Below, piece after piece: positions 1 through 9,834 of a DNA stretch of 64,000 nucleotides (position 1 is the first letter of the stretch; each line of letters begins with the position of its first letter). A model generated the notes under the pieces. That model was not told where the DNA came from and did not search any database. It was given only the letters and a program-made list of their open reading frames with translations. The stretch is from Candidatus Cloacimonadales bacterium (lineage in GTDB: Bacteria; Cloacimonadota; Cloacimonadia; Cloacimonadales; JAFGVF01). The translations under genes were made by a program, and so were the position numbers. The stretch covers positions 864,001-928,000 of the forward strand of contig CAXXOU010000004.1 in the NCBI GenBank assembly GCA_963677495.2, in the 5' to 3' direction.

Positions 1-100
1 TAAAATGTGTCTCAATTGCTTTGCAAACACGATTGGTTTCCCGAAGATAGCTCTAAGCGAGCTATGTGCAAGTGGGGACACTTGCACTACGTTACACGCT

Positions 101-228
101 CCCATTCAATAAAGCTATGACAAAGATTACATAGTTATCCACAACTTGTGACTAACTTACTGCTTTGAGTAAGAGAGAAGTAAGAGTCCAGTAAGTGTGA
201 AGTAAGAGATAAGTAAGAATTGAATGGG
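101..228. repeat. Dispersed intergenic element (copy 1): 10-bp terminal inverted repeats, TTATCCACA box, 11-bp-spaced AGTAAG array
   Basis: CCCATTCAAT 101-110 / ATTGAATGGG 219-228; AGTAAG at 168,179,190,201,212; inverted CTTACT at 156; homologous to 47176-47292. Confidence 0.8.
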
Positions 229-330
229 GGTAATCGAAGGGACATAGCATGCTATAATCTATTGAGTAATTAAAATATACCGGATTTCTCATTTTGAATC
301 ATACATTTTTCATCTTGCATTTAATCCCGA

Positions 331-481
331 TTCTCCCACGAGTAATAAAGACATGAAGATAATATCCATCCCATATCCAACTAATAAGATTCCTATATGT
401 TCATATAGTTTTCATATAAGAGTCATATAGGGATCATATAGGAATTATGCAGTTGTTGCTCCAGTGCCTAACGTGGGAGAA
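331..481. repeat. 11-bp periodic TCATATA array bracketed by 10-bp inverted repeat
   Basis: TCATATA at 401,412,423,434; TTCTCCCACG 331-340 / CGTGGGAGAA 472-481. Confidence 0.7.
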
Positions 482-540
482 GGGGGATAAATCGAGCATT
501 AAACTATAAAATATAATAAGAAAAATGGTTAACGGATGCT

Positions 541-683
541 CCCCAGAACCACCAGATTCATCTGGTGGCTGAATGCACTAACACACACTATCTTAACCCC
601 ACTCTCCCGATTCTGCAGGAATCGGGAGGGTGGGGAGTTTGGGTGTAATCTCCTGCCCCTATTTGAAAAAAGGGGTTCTGGGG
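541..683. repeat. Nested GC-rich REP-like hairpin cluster
   Basis: CCCCAGAACC 541-550 / GGTTCTGGGG 674-683 enclosing CCACCAGA-ttca-TCTGGTGG (549-568) and a near-perfect hairpin 597-635. Confidence 0.6.
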
Positions 684-968
684 AAGCTAATTAATGATTA
701 TGTATTATCTTCTGGTGTTGTAACAAGATTATGATTGACATGATAAAAATAGATATTCAAATCAGTTATCGCTTGGAAAAGAGGTGTATAATCTCGAGCT
801 CTTGAACATCGTGCAACATGTTGTACTGTCTCAATCCATGAGTTGAATGGGATCGTGATTGAACCTATGGATGTTTCTCGCAATTAAATTTTTTATAGAA
901 TCCTTGTTATTATTCATTGACATGCATTATACTGAATATTTTTATTGAAAAAAATATTGGAGATAAAA

Positions 969-1991
969 ATGAATAGGAATACTTTAAGTCTTTATCCTAT
1001 CGATTTCCCATTTGAAACACTTGTATCTAGAATTGAAGCAAATCCTCCCAAACTTATATTGGATCCAGATTTTCAAAGAAAATACAAATGGGATAATGAT
1101 GGTTTCGAGAGATCAAGTAAGTTTATTGAATCTTGCTTAATGAGAATTCCATTACCTGCTTGTTATTTTGCAGAAAATGAAGAAAGCAATCATTTAGTTA
1201 TTGATGGGGTTCAGAGATTAACAACAATTCAAAGATTCTTTAATGATGAATTTGCATTAGAAGGTCTAACTTTCTATAATCATTTAAATGGCATGAAATT
1301 TTCAGAGCTTGGAGATTTAAAAAATGAGCTAGAGACAACTACAATTCGCTGTGTTGTCTTGAGAAAAGAGAATGACAAAGCCTTGATTAGAGAGATTTTC
1401 GCCAGATTGAATCAAGGAACAGTTAAATTATCAGATCAAGAAATTAGACATGCAATATACTCAGGTCCTTTTGATGAATTACTCACAGATATTGCATCAC
1501 ACACTTTTATACAAGCATTTAGAAATAATGATCAAAAAGAAGACAGGTCTGATGAGGAGCTTGTACTAAGATTCTTTGCTTTAGAATCAGATCTTGAATC
1601 ATATGATGGGAAACTATCAAAGTTGCTTGATGATTTTATGCAGGACCATCAAGACATAAGTAGGGAGGATGCACAAGAACTAGCAAATAAGTTCAAAACA
1701 ACCCTAAATAAATGTATGAGGACATTTGATGAACCCTTTACAAATGCAAATTTAGAAAAGAATAAGCGAAAAGGTGTTGTATACTATGATCTACTTATGT
1801 GGAGCTTTAGCAAGTTACCTGATGAGATAATTGACTCTAATAAAAATGAAATAATTACTGCATATTCTAACTTATGTGAAAATGGCGACTTTCAAAAAAA
1901 CATGCTAGGAGGATTACAAAAAAAATCTTCTATCATTAAAAGAAGAAAGTTATGGACTGCTGAGTTAAGGGGGGTTGGAATTGAAATCTAA
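969..1991 (+). CDS. DUF262 (GmrSD N-terminal/ParB-like) domain protein
   Basis: Motifs PDFQRKYKW, IES.L..IP.P, VIDGVQRLTT, IFARLN; ATG 969 follows GGAGA (ORF track starts at TTG 945). Confidence 0.85.
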   Translation: MNRNTLSLYPIDFPFETLVSRIEANPPKLILDPDFQRKYKWDNDGFERSSKFIESCLMRIPLPACYFAENEESNHLVIDGVQRLTTIQRFFNDEFALEGLTFYNHLNGMKFSELGDLKNELETTTIRCVVLRKENDKALIREIFARLNQGTVKLSDQEIRHAIYSGPFDELLTDIASHTFIQAFRNNDQKEDRSDEELVLRFFALESDLESYDGKLSKLLDDFMQDHQDISREDAQELANKFKTTLNKCMRTFDEPFTNANLEKNKRKGVVYYDLLMWSFSKLPDEIIDSNKNEIITAYSNLCENGDFQKNMLGGLQKKSSIIKRRKLWTAELRGVGIEI

Positions 1992-2601
1992 CTCACTAGT
2001 AAAACTTGAGATTAAAATTGATCATTTGGCCAGTAAGATAAGTGATTTTGAACATTTACTCCTTGAACCGAATCCTAACACTTTTATAATAGAAAATGCG
2101 AATTTTTTGACTAGATCGTTTTTGATCAGTCTTTGTGGATATTTGGAAGTATATCTTAAAGACATTATTGAGGAATATCTTGTAAAAGTTAATGATCTTG
2201 TTTCGAGTATTAAAGTTCCAATCAATTTGATTCGTTGGTCCATTGAGAATAAACCAAAGGCAAACTCAAAGATGAACTCATTACTTGATCCTAAAAAAAC
2301 TAAGTTTGAAGATTTACAGTTAAGAATAACTAAGAACGATTTAGACCAATTCATATCTGGAAATCCTTTCAGAACTAAAGATCTTCTCATTATGTTTGGA
2401 ATTGATTTAGAATCATATGATTTTTTTTCAAATATGAAAGTTCAGATTAACTCCTTTGTATTCACAAGAAACAATATTCTACACTATGATGATGATGCTT
2501 CCAGTTTGACAACTGGTGATATAATGGAAGCAAGTTCATTGTTTCTTAATTATGCCTTACAAATAGATGATCTGATAACAAATAAGATAAATCAAGTCTA
2601 G
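1975..2601 (+). CDS. HEPN-domain protein (MAE_28990/RiboL-PSP-like), putative RNase
   Basis: C-terminal Rx4H motif (RNNILH), N-terminal LCGYLEVYLK helix; overlaps DUF262 gene end. Confidence 0.7.
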   Translation: MELKSNSLVKLEIKIDHLASKISDFEHLLLEPNPNTFIIENANFLTRSFLISLCGYLEVYLKDIIEEYLVKVNDLVSSIKVPINLIRWSIENKPKANSKMNSLLDPKKTKFEDLQLRITKNDLDQFISGNPFRTKDLLIMFGIDLESYDFFSNMKVQINSFVFTRNNILHYDDDASSLTTGDIMEASSLFLNYALQIDDLITNKINQV

Positions 2602-2696
2602 CGAATGTGAAATTAAACCAAATCTGATTCAATTCTTTAGTTGACACAAAATACTGCTATATAAATTCACTGCAAACAGAAGAAGCGAGGCAACCA

Positions 2697-4589
2697 GTGA
2701 GTTTAGTAGCCATAAGTGGGCTTAATTTCAGTTTCGGTGGTAGGGAACTATTTAAGGATTTAAGTCTTTCAATAGAAAAAGATAGCAGAATCGGGCTCGT
2801 GGGAGTCAACGGTTGTGGAAAAACAACACTTTTTAGTCTGATAAAGGGGAGACTTACACCCGAGAGTGGTGACATCCTCAAAGCAGGGAAGTGTCAGATG
2901 GCATTCCTACGTCAGGAAAATGAACTAAATCAGACCCAATCCCTTTTAGAAGAGGTACTCACATCCCGTCCTAAGATGTTGGAGATAGAGAAGCAGTTGC
3001 ATGAACTGAATCTTCAACTTGAGAAAGAATCAAACGAAACGCTTCTCAATAAAATGACAAAGCTTCAACAGCAGTTTGAGCTGATGGGTGGATTCACTTT
3101 TGAAACGGAGATGAAGCTTTTACTCACAAGCTTAAACTTCCCGGAAAGTGAATGGTATCGCTCAGTATCAAGCTTTAGTGGGGGAGAGCAGTCCAGAATC
3201 CAACTTGCAAAGATACTGCTTGCACCTCATGATCTGCTCTTACTCGATGAACCGACAAACCATCTAGATACTTTCCAGATTGAGTTCTTGAAGAACTTCC
3301 TGAATAGAAATACAACACCATATATTATCATCTCGCATGACAGATACTTCCTAGATGAGACTGTGAAGAACATAGTAGAGATCAGAGGTAAGAAAGCTAA
3401 GAAATATAGAGGAAACTACTCAGCGTTTGTGCAACAATCAGAAGCTAATCATCTGCTTGAAGAGAAACTTTGGAAAGCACAACAGAAGCATATTGCTAAA
3501 GAGGAAGACTTTATACGCAGGAACTTAGCCGGTCAGAAAACTAAACAAGCTCAGGGACGTAGAAAGATTTTAGAGCGGACTGAGAGACTTGATAGACCGG
3601 ACTCATTAGAGACCTTTAACCTTGGCTTGAATAGCGAGTATCGCTCAAGTAACGATATATTCAGAATGACAGATATTAAGTTCGGTTATCCGGATAAAGA
3701 GCTTGCGTATGCTGAAGCTTTATACGCAGGATACAAAGATAGAATCGCGATTATAGGTGCAAACGGTTGTGGTAAATCAACACTTCTGAAAGCGCTTTTA
3801 GGGTATCTTGCTCCGTTATCAGGTACACTGTACGTTGGTAACAATCTTAAGATTGGATACTTCGGACAGATGCAGGAGGAGCTAAATACAAGTATAAAAG
3901 TGATGGATACAATCTGGGAGATGGTTCCGGATGCTCCACAAGGTTATGTATTAGGTTATCTTGCAAGATTCGGGTTCAGAGGAGATGATGTTGATAAGAA
4001 TGTCGGAACTTTGAGTGGTGGAGAAAAAGCAAGGCTTAAGCTGGCTGTACTTATACATCAAAAACCAAATCTATTGATACTTGACGAGCCGACAAACCAT
4101 CTTGATATCTATATGGTAGATAGTCTGGAAGAAGCCCTGAAAGCTTATGACGGTACTCTTGTTTTTGTATCGCATGATAGATATTTTATTGACAAGGTTT
4201 CCACTAAAAAGTGGTTTTTCTCCAAAGGTATCATTAAAGAGAGTAAAGATAGCTTCGCAAAGGTTATCGAGCGCATTCAACTTGAGAGTCAGGAAAAGCC
4301 TGTAACTCCGAAACAGCAAAAGCCAAAGAGTAATAAACGACGTGTAAACCCTATTCTTCTGGAAAAGAAGATGAAGGAGATTGACGATGTTACTGCTGAG
4401 ATGGATGCTTTAAACAGTGAGAAAGGTGAAATTGAAACTGAGTTCTCATTACCTGATACATATAGTAATGCTGAGCGAGTCAAAGAACTAAACAATCGTA
4501 TGACTGAGATAAGCAAAGCATTAGAAGAACGTGCTGAAAAACTTGAGATACTCGAAGATGAGTATCTTGAGATGAGTATAGATGATTAA
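2697..4589 (+). CDS. ABC-F family ATPase (ribosome-associated, Uup/YdiF-like)
   Basis: Two NBDs (GVNGCGKT, GANGCGKST; SGGE; LDEPTNHLD twice), no TM domain, C-terminal coiled coil. Confidence 0.9.
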   Translation: MSLVAISGLNFSFGGRELFKDLSLSIEKDSRIGLVGVNGCGKTTLFSLIKGRLTPESGDILKAGKCQMAFLRQENELNQTQSLLEEVLTSRPKMLEIEKQLHELNLQLEKESNETLLNKMTKLQQQFELMGGFTFETEMKLLLTSLNFPESEWYRSVSSFSGGEQSRIQLAKILLAPHDLLLLDEPTNHLDTFQIEFLKNFLNRNTTPYIIISHDRYFLDETVKNIVEIRGKKAKKYRGNYSAFVQQSEANHLLEEKLWKAQQKHIAKEEDFIRRNLAGQKTKQAQGRRKILERTERLDRPDSLETFNLGLNSEYRSSNDIFRMTDIKFGYPDKELAYAEALYAGYKDRIAIIGANGCGKSTLLKALLGYLAPLSGTLYVGNNLKIGYFGQMQEELNTSIKVMDTIWEMVPDAPQGYVLGYLARFGFRGDDVDKNVGTLSGGEKARLKLAVLIHQKPNLLILDEPTNHLDIYMVDSLEEALKAYDGTLVFVSHDRYFIDKVSTKKWFFSKGIIKESKDSFAKVIERIQLESQEKPVTPKQQKPKSNKRRVNPILLEKKMKEIDDVTAEMDALNSEKGEIETEFSLPDTYSNAERVKELNNRMTEISKALEERAEKLEILEDEYLEMSIDD

Positions 4590-4601
4590 TTAGGAGAATA
4601 G

Positions 4602-5861
4602 ATGCAAAAAGTAGATTTATTAGTAATTAATGCAAAGCAACTTCTGACATTAGCCGGTAAGGCTGCTCCCAGAGTAGGAAAAGAGATGTCAGAGCTTGGT
4701 CTAATCGAAGATGGAGCTATTGCTGTAAAAGATGGTCTCATTGTTGCAACAGGTACAACTGATGAGCTCAAAGCACAGTTTGAAGCTGATGACATTGTTG
4801 ATGCAACTGATAGAGTAGTGATGCCCGGATTCGTTGATCCACACTCACATCCGATATTCGTGCATACTCGTGAGAATGAGTTCGCAATGAGGATACAGGG
4901 CAAGAGCTATGTTGAGATCTCTCAAAGTGGTGGTGGAATCCGTTCTACTATGAACTCAACCAGAGATGCAGATGAAGACCTGTTGTTTGAGCTGGCAAAG
5001 AAGAGAATAAGTAAGCTTATCAGTGTGGGAACAACTACCTTAGAAGCTAAAAGCGGATATGGTCTTACTACTGAGTCTGAACTTAAGCAGTTAAGAGTCA
5101 TCAAAAGATTAAATGATGAACTACCAATAGATATTGTACCTACATTTATGGGTGCACATGAATTTCCAACTGAGTATAAAGAGAACCATGAAGCCTACTT
5201 GAAGATTCTTGAAGATGAGATGCTTCCTGCAGTTGCTGAACAGGGCATTGCGAAGTATTGCGATATCTTTACTGAACTGCATGTTTATAATATAGAGGAA
5301 TCGAGAAGAGTTTTAACTAAAGCTAAAGAACTTGGCTTAAAACTAAAGATGCATGCTGATGAGATAGAACCAATCGGTGGGGCAGAACTGGCAGCTGAAC
5401 TTGGTTGTGAAAGTGCAGACCACCTTGGGGCAGCTTCTGATGAAGGAATAGAAGCAATGGCCAAAGCAGGTGTGATTGCAACCCTTTTACCCGGTACTAT
5501 ATTTAGCCTCGGTATGAAAGGATATGCCAGAGCAAGAAAGATGATAGATTCAGGTGTGCCTGTTGCTCTCGCTACAGACTATAACCCGGGAAGTTGTAAT
5601 GCTGATTCTCAGCAGATAATTGCTACACTCGGATGTCTTCAAATGAAGATGTTACCGGAAGAAGTAATTGTAGCCACAACCATCAATGCAGCCTATGCAA
5701 TTGGCATGGGAGATAGGGTTGGATCACTGGAAAAAGGCAAGCAAGCTAACTTCTTGGTCATGGATATGCCTAATTTTGGCTTCCTTCCTTACCACTTCGG
5801 ATCTAACAATTGCGAAAAAATATATATCAATGGCCAACGCTTCACAGTATTGGAACGATAA
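4602..5861 (+). CDS. hutI: Imidazolonepropionase
   Basis: PGFVDPHSH, GGGI, EAKSGYGL, HADE, ATDYNPGS motifs. Confidence 0.95.
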   Translation: MQKVDLLVINAKQLLTLAGKAAPRVGKEMSELGLIEDGAIAVKDGLIVATGTTDELKAQFEADDIVDATDRVVMPGFVDPHSHPIFVHTRENEFAMRIQGKSYVEISQSGGGIRSTMNSTRDADEDLLFELAKKRISKLISVGTTTLEAKSGYGLTTESELKQLRVIKRLNDELPIDIVPTFMGAHEFPTEYKENHEAYLKILEDEMLPAVAEQGIAKYCDIFTELHVYNIEESRRVLTKAKELGLKLKMHADEIEPIGGAELAAELGCESADHLGAASDEGIEAMAKAGVIATLLPGTIFSLGMKGYARARKMIDSGVPVALATDYNPGSCNADSQQIIATLGCLQMKMLPEEVIVATTINAAYAIGMGDRVGSLEKGKQANFLVMDMPNFGFLPYHFGSNNCEKIYINGQRFTVLER

Positions 5862-5920
5862 TTGCGAAATTGATATTTCGAGATAAGTTAACCTAATTTT
5901 TTTTATAAATGGAGGAACTA

Positions 5921-8900
5921 ATGAGACGACTTCAAGTCATTTTAATCATGTTAGCTGTAGTTGCGACCTGTTTTGCTTCAGCTGATATGAGTGTAAGAAC
6001 AGCAGAAAACAGGGTGAGTGTAACTTATACCAGCTCACTTCAAACAGAAGAGAACAGATCTACTGTCGAAACATTCATACTTCCGGCTACTGAAGCTGAG
6101 ATTCAGATTAACAATATGGTAATTGAAAGAAGAGACGCAAGCGGAAACGTTCTTGAAACTCTTCGTAACGCTGATGAAGATCGCGTTAGAATTACTGACA
6201 GCTTTGTTATGCGTGAAATGTATGGGTTCGAAGTAACAATTGATGAACAAATTGATAACAATGACGGAAGCGTATCCATTATCTCTGAACTGGATTATGA
6301 TCTTGTTGCAAGAAACAATATCACGATTCCTACAGAGATCTCTTCAGCTTTCAGACAAGCTTATGAAGATATCGCTTTAAACTTTAACGATTCATATCTT
6401 AGAAACCTTCCTGATAAGAGACCCGGTATTCTTATGATTGGACGTCCAAGTATTGCTCCTTACATAGCAAGCTTTATCGAATGGAAGAGATCTTTAGGAT
6501 TCAATGTACATTTTGCTGACACTGATGAGTGTGGTGGAAATACACTTGATGATATTGATGCTTATGTAGAAAACTATTACAATGAACATCACCCTGAATA
6601 TCTTATTATTTTCGGTGATACAGTTGGTGATGACTACTATATTCCAACTAACTTCTTCCAGTCTCCTGATGGACTTGAAAATGATGCTGATGATAACTAC
6701 TATACAATGATTACAGGTGACGATAGTATGCCTGAAATGCTTGTAGGTAGAATGTCATTTAACGATGTAGGTCAGCTTCTTACAATGGTTAACAAGACCA
6801 TGATGTATGAAGGTACACCATTCTTAGGAGATCCTAGTTGGTTCTCAAAGGCTCTCATGGTTGCAGGTAACTACGCTGAAGGTGGACTTCAGCCAAGTAC
6901 TCCAACTCTTACATGTGATTTTTTTGCAGAACTCTACGAACAAGATGGTTTTGCTGTAGATAAAGTTTATTATCCACCAAACGAGTTGGCTGCAACAGTT
7001 ATCAGACAGCACATAAATAATGGTAGAAGTTGGATTATTTATCGTGGTTGGGGTGATGCTACAGGTTGGCACTATCCAAGATTCCATAAAGAAGACCTCG
7101 ATGCTTTACAGAATGGACCAAAAATGCCTGTTGTTCTTTCAATCGTATGTAATACAGGTGACTTTGCTAATGCCACTCATGTTGAGTGTTTTGGTGAGTA
7201 TTGGATGCATCTTGGAACTCCAAGTCAACCTAATGGTTGTGTAGCTTTTGTTGGGCCATCAGATCTTCACACAAGAACAGCTCTTAATAACTCATTCTCT
7301 ACTGGTATTGTTGATGCAATAGTACACAAAGGAGTAAGAAGTTTTGGTGCTGCTGTGCTTGGTGGCAAAATTGAAATATATAACAACTTCCCACTCGAAA
7401 GAGCTGATGGTGGATATGTTCCTTTCTATAACCATATTTATGCTATCTTATCAGATCCTTCAATGAATGTTTGGTACGGTGTACCACAAGCTATTGCTGA
7501 CAACTTACCTGATACAATTGATAGAGCTACATCATCACTTGTTATAGATTACCCTGGTTTAGATGGGGCAAGAGTTACAGGTACTAAAGATGGTTTAAAC
7601 TTTACATATACTGAAGTTGTTAATGGTAGAGCAATCCTTCCTGTTGATTCTATGACAGATGGAGACCTTACTGTAACAATCAGTAAAATAAACATGGTTC
7701 CTTTACAGAAGACAATCTCTGTAAGCGAATCTACAGATAACATAGCTGTAACAGCAAACGTATTAGCAAACGGTGAATACCTTATCGCCGGTGAACCAAT
7801 GGAGATTACTTATACACTTAAGAATCTCAGTGCTAACAGTTATGACAACGTTACAGCTACTTTAACAAGTAACAATGCTGAAGTTAATACAATCTCAGCT
7901 GCTGTAAACGTGGGTACTCTTGCTGCTAATGCAGAAGCAACTGCTACATTTACTGTTGAACTTAATGGTGCTATCCTTCCAAGTAATGTTATTGAGATGG
8001 ATTTAGCTATTTCACCTACAAGTACTACTGAAAAGTTCTCATACAGAATTGGTGGACATGCATTATTTGCAAATCCACAGACAGCTTCAGTGGCTATCGG
8101 TGGAGATTCAAACATCACTGTTGATGTTACTAACATCGGTGTTTATGGTGTTGATGGTGATATCGAAGTAAGAAGTCTTTGTGATGCTGCTACAGTCGCA
8201 CAACCTGACATTGATGATATCGAAGTTGCTGTTGGTGCTACAACTCAGGTTTCATTCACTGTTAGTGTAAACTCCGAATGTTTCCCTGGTCGTTCATTAC
8301 CATTTGCTTTCATCACAACTGATGAAAATGGCTATGAAACAACTTCACACTTCAGCGTAACTGCCGGAACAGTTGATAATACTGCTCCTACAGGACCTGA
8401 TGCTTACGGGTACTATGCTTATGACAGTAATGACACAAGCTGGGCACAGGCTCCAACTTATGAGTGGATAGAAATTGACCCTCGTGATGGTGGACAAGGT
8501 ACTGTTTATGAAGTAACTGATGACATGTCTGTAGATATGGACTTACCTTTCACATTCAGATATTATGGAATCGATTATAACAGTATCACAGCTTGCTCAA
8601 ACGGTTGGATTTCATTCGAACAGACATGGATGAGTAACTTTGATAACCTTTATATTCCTTCTCCATTAGGACCATATGCTATGGTTGCTCCATATTGGGA
8701 AGACCTTAAAGGTACTCAGGACGGCTCTGGTGGGTATAATGATATGAGACTAGTTACTTGGCATGATACTGCTAACAACAGATTCATCATCGAATGGAAT
8801 GATGCATATAACAGATTCACTGTTACATCTGCAAATCCATCACTCGAGAAGTTCCAGCTTATCCTTTATCCACAAGCTGATAATGATGGTGAAATGGTTG

Positions 8901-9397
8901 TAATGTACCATACAGTTGATAATCCTGCTACTAACACACTTAGTAACTATTCAACCGTTGGTATTGAGAACCATACACAGACTGTTGGTTTAACTTATTC
9001 ATTTGCTGACAGCTATCCTGCATCTGCAAGTCCGCTTACAGCAGGTTTAGCAGTTAAGTACACAACAAGTGCACCTGATAACTTTGTTGGTAACGATGAT
9101 GAAGTTGCTCCTGAATTAGTGGGAACTACTCTCTTTGCTAACTATCCAAATCCATTTAATCCAACTACAACAATCGGGTTCAACATGGCTCAACCTGGTG
9201 CAGCACGTCTTGACGTTTATAACCAACGTGGTCAGCATGTAACTACTCTTACAAATGGTAGATTCCCTGCAGGCAGACAAACATTTGTTTGGAATGGCCT
9301 AGATAGTGAAGGTAAAGAAGTAGCTAGTGGTATCTACTTATACAAACTTCAAGCAGGTACATATACTAAAACAAGAAAGATGATTCTTATTAAATAA
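5921..9397 (+). CDS. Secreted peptidase C25 (gingipain-like) family protein with C-terminal FlgD-Ig/T9SS-type sorting domain
   Basis: Signal peptide, EWKRSLGF, PEMLVGRMS, SIVCNTGDF, LSDPS; NYPNPFNP...TRKMILIK tail; ATG 5921 after GGAGGA. Confidence 0.8.
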   Translation: MRRLQVILIMLAVVATCFASADMSVRTAENRVSVTYTSSLQTEENRSTVETFILPATEAEIQINNMVIERRDASGNVLETLRNADEDRVRITDSFVMREMYGFEVTIDEQIDNNDGSVSIISELDYDLVARNNITIPTEISSAFRQAYEDIALNFNDSYLRNLPDKRPGILMIGRPSIAPYIASFIEWKRSLGFNVHFADTDECGGNTLDDIDAYVENYYNEHHPEYLIIFGDTVGDDYYIPTNFFQSPDGLENDADDNYYTMITGDDSMPEMLVGRMSFNDVGQLLTMVNKTMMYEGTPFLGDPSWFSKALMVAGNYAEGGLQPSTPTLTCDFFAELYEQDGFAVDKVYYPPNELAATVIRQHINNGRSWIIYRGWGDATGWHYPRFHKEDLDALQNGPKMPVVLSIVCNTGDFANATHVECFGEYWMHLGTPSQPNGCVAFVGPSDLHTRTALNNSFSTGIVDAIVHKGVRSFGAAVLGGKIEIYNNFPLERADGGYVPFYNHIYAILSDPSMNVWYGVPQAIADNLPDTIDRATSSLVIDYPGLDGARVTGTKDGLNFTYTEVVNGRAILPVDSMTDGDLTVTISKINMVPLQKTISVSESTDNIAVTANVLANGEYLIAGEPMEITYTLKNLSANSYDNVTATLTSNNAEVNTISAAVNVGTLAANAEATATFTVELNGAILPSNVIEMDLAISPTSTTEKFSYRIGGHALFANPQTASVAIGGDSNITVDVTNIGVYGVDGDIEVRSLCDAATVAQPDIDDIEVAVGATTQVSFTVSVNSECFPGRSLPFAFITTDENGYETTSHFSVTAGTVDNTAPTGPDAYGYYAYDSNDTSWAQAPTYEWIEIDPRDGGQGTVYEVTDDMSVDMDLPFTFRYYGIDYNSITACSNGWISFEQTWMSNFDNLYIPSPLGPYAMVAPYWEDLKGTQDGSGGYNDMRLVTWHDTANNRFIIEWNDAYNRFTVTSANPSLEKFQLILYPQADNDGEMVVMYHTVDNPATNTLSNYSTVGIENHTQTVGLTYSFADSYPASASPLTAGLAVKYTTSAPDNFVGNDDEVAPELVGTTLFANYPNPFNPTTTIGFNMAQPGAARLDVYNQRGQHVTTLTNGRFPAGRQTFVWNGLDSEGKEVASGIYLYKLQAGTYTKTRKMILIK

Positions 9398-9419
9398 AGA
9401 AACTTCAACAATTTCAACT

Positions 9420-9450
9420 AAAAACCGAGAGTATACCTCTCGGTTTTTTC
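9420..9450 (+). terminator. Rho-independent terminator
   Basis: AAAACCGAGAG-tatac-CTCTCGGTTTTTT. Confidence 0.85.
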
Positions 9451-9502
9451 TTTATATCTTTAATAATTTATCGGGAACAATTAACTGTTTCTGAGTATAT
9501 AT

Positions 9503-9586
9503 ACCACGCATATACCATGGATAAACCACGGGTAAACGGCGGGAGCCGTGGTTAACCCGTGGTTTATCCGTCGTCAACCCGTTGTC
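9503..9586. repeat. 11-bp periodic ACCACG / CCGTGGT inverted array (copy 1)
   Basis: ACCACG-like at 9503,9514,9525,9536; CCGTGGT-like at 9546,9557,9568,9579; homologous to 37091-37165. Confidence 0.8.
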
Positions 9587-9834
9587 AAGAATCAAGCAAT
9601 CTAGTTTCAAAGAAAAGGGCTTTCTTAAACTCTTAATTAATCGAGTAAAAGTGTAACAAGAGAGCCAGATAAGAGTCCATAGTTTAAGGAAGATTTGGAC
9701 ATTTATGTTTAAAACCTCAAGTGAAACAATCAAAATATTGAAAAAAGGTTGACTTCACAAAAACGAGTTTTCAATATGGCAAGTTGCGCCTTTAAAAAGG
9801 CATAGATAATCATTTGAACTATTAGTGGGGACAG

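Noticed and set aside
135..143. Replication origin (DnaA box)
   Set aside because: Only one box per locus, inside a dispersed repeat; no box cluster and no dnaA/dnaN nearby
698..883. 61-aa minus-strand ORF
   Set aside because: TTG start, no RBS, no recognisable motif; a gene remnant cannot be excluded but is not supportable
9452..9733. 93-aa minus-strand ORF
   Set aside because: Runs through the 11-bp array and probable promoter region; no RBS or family signal
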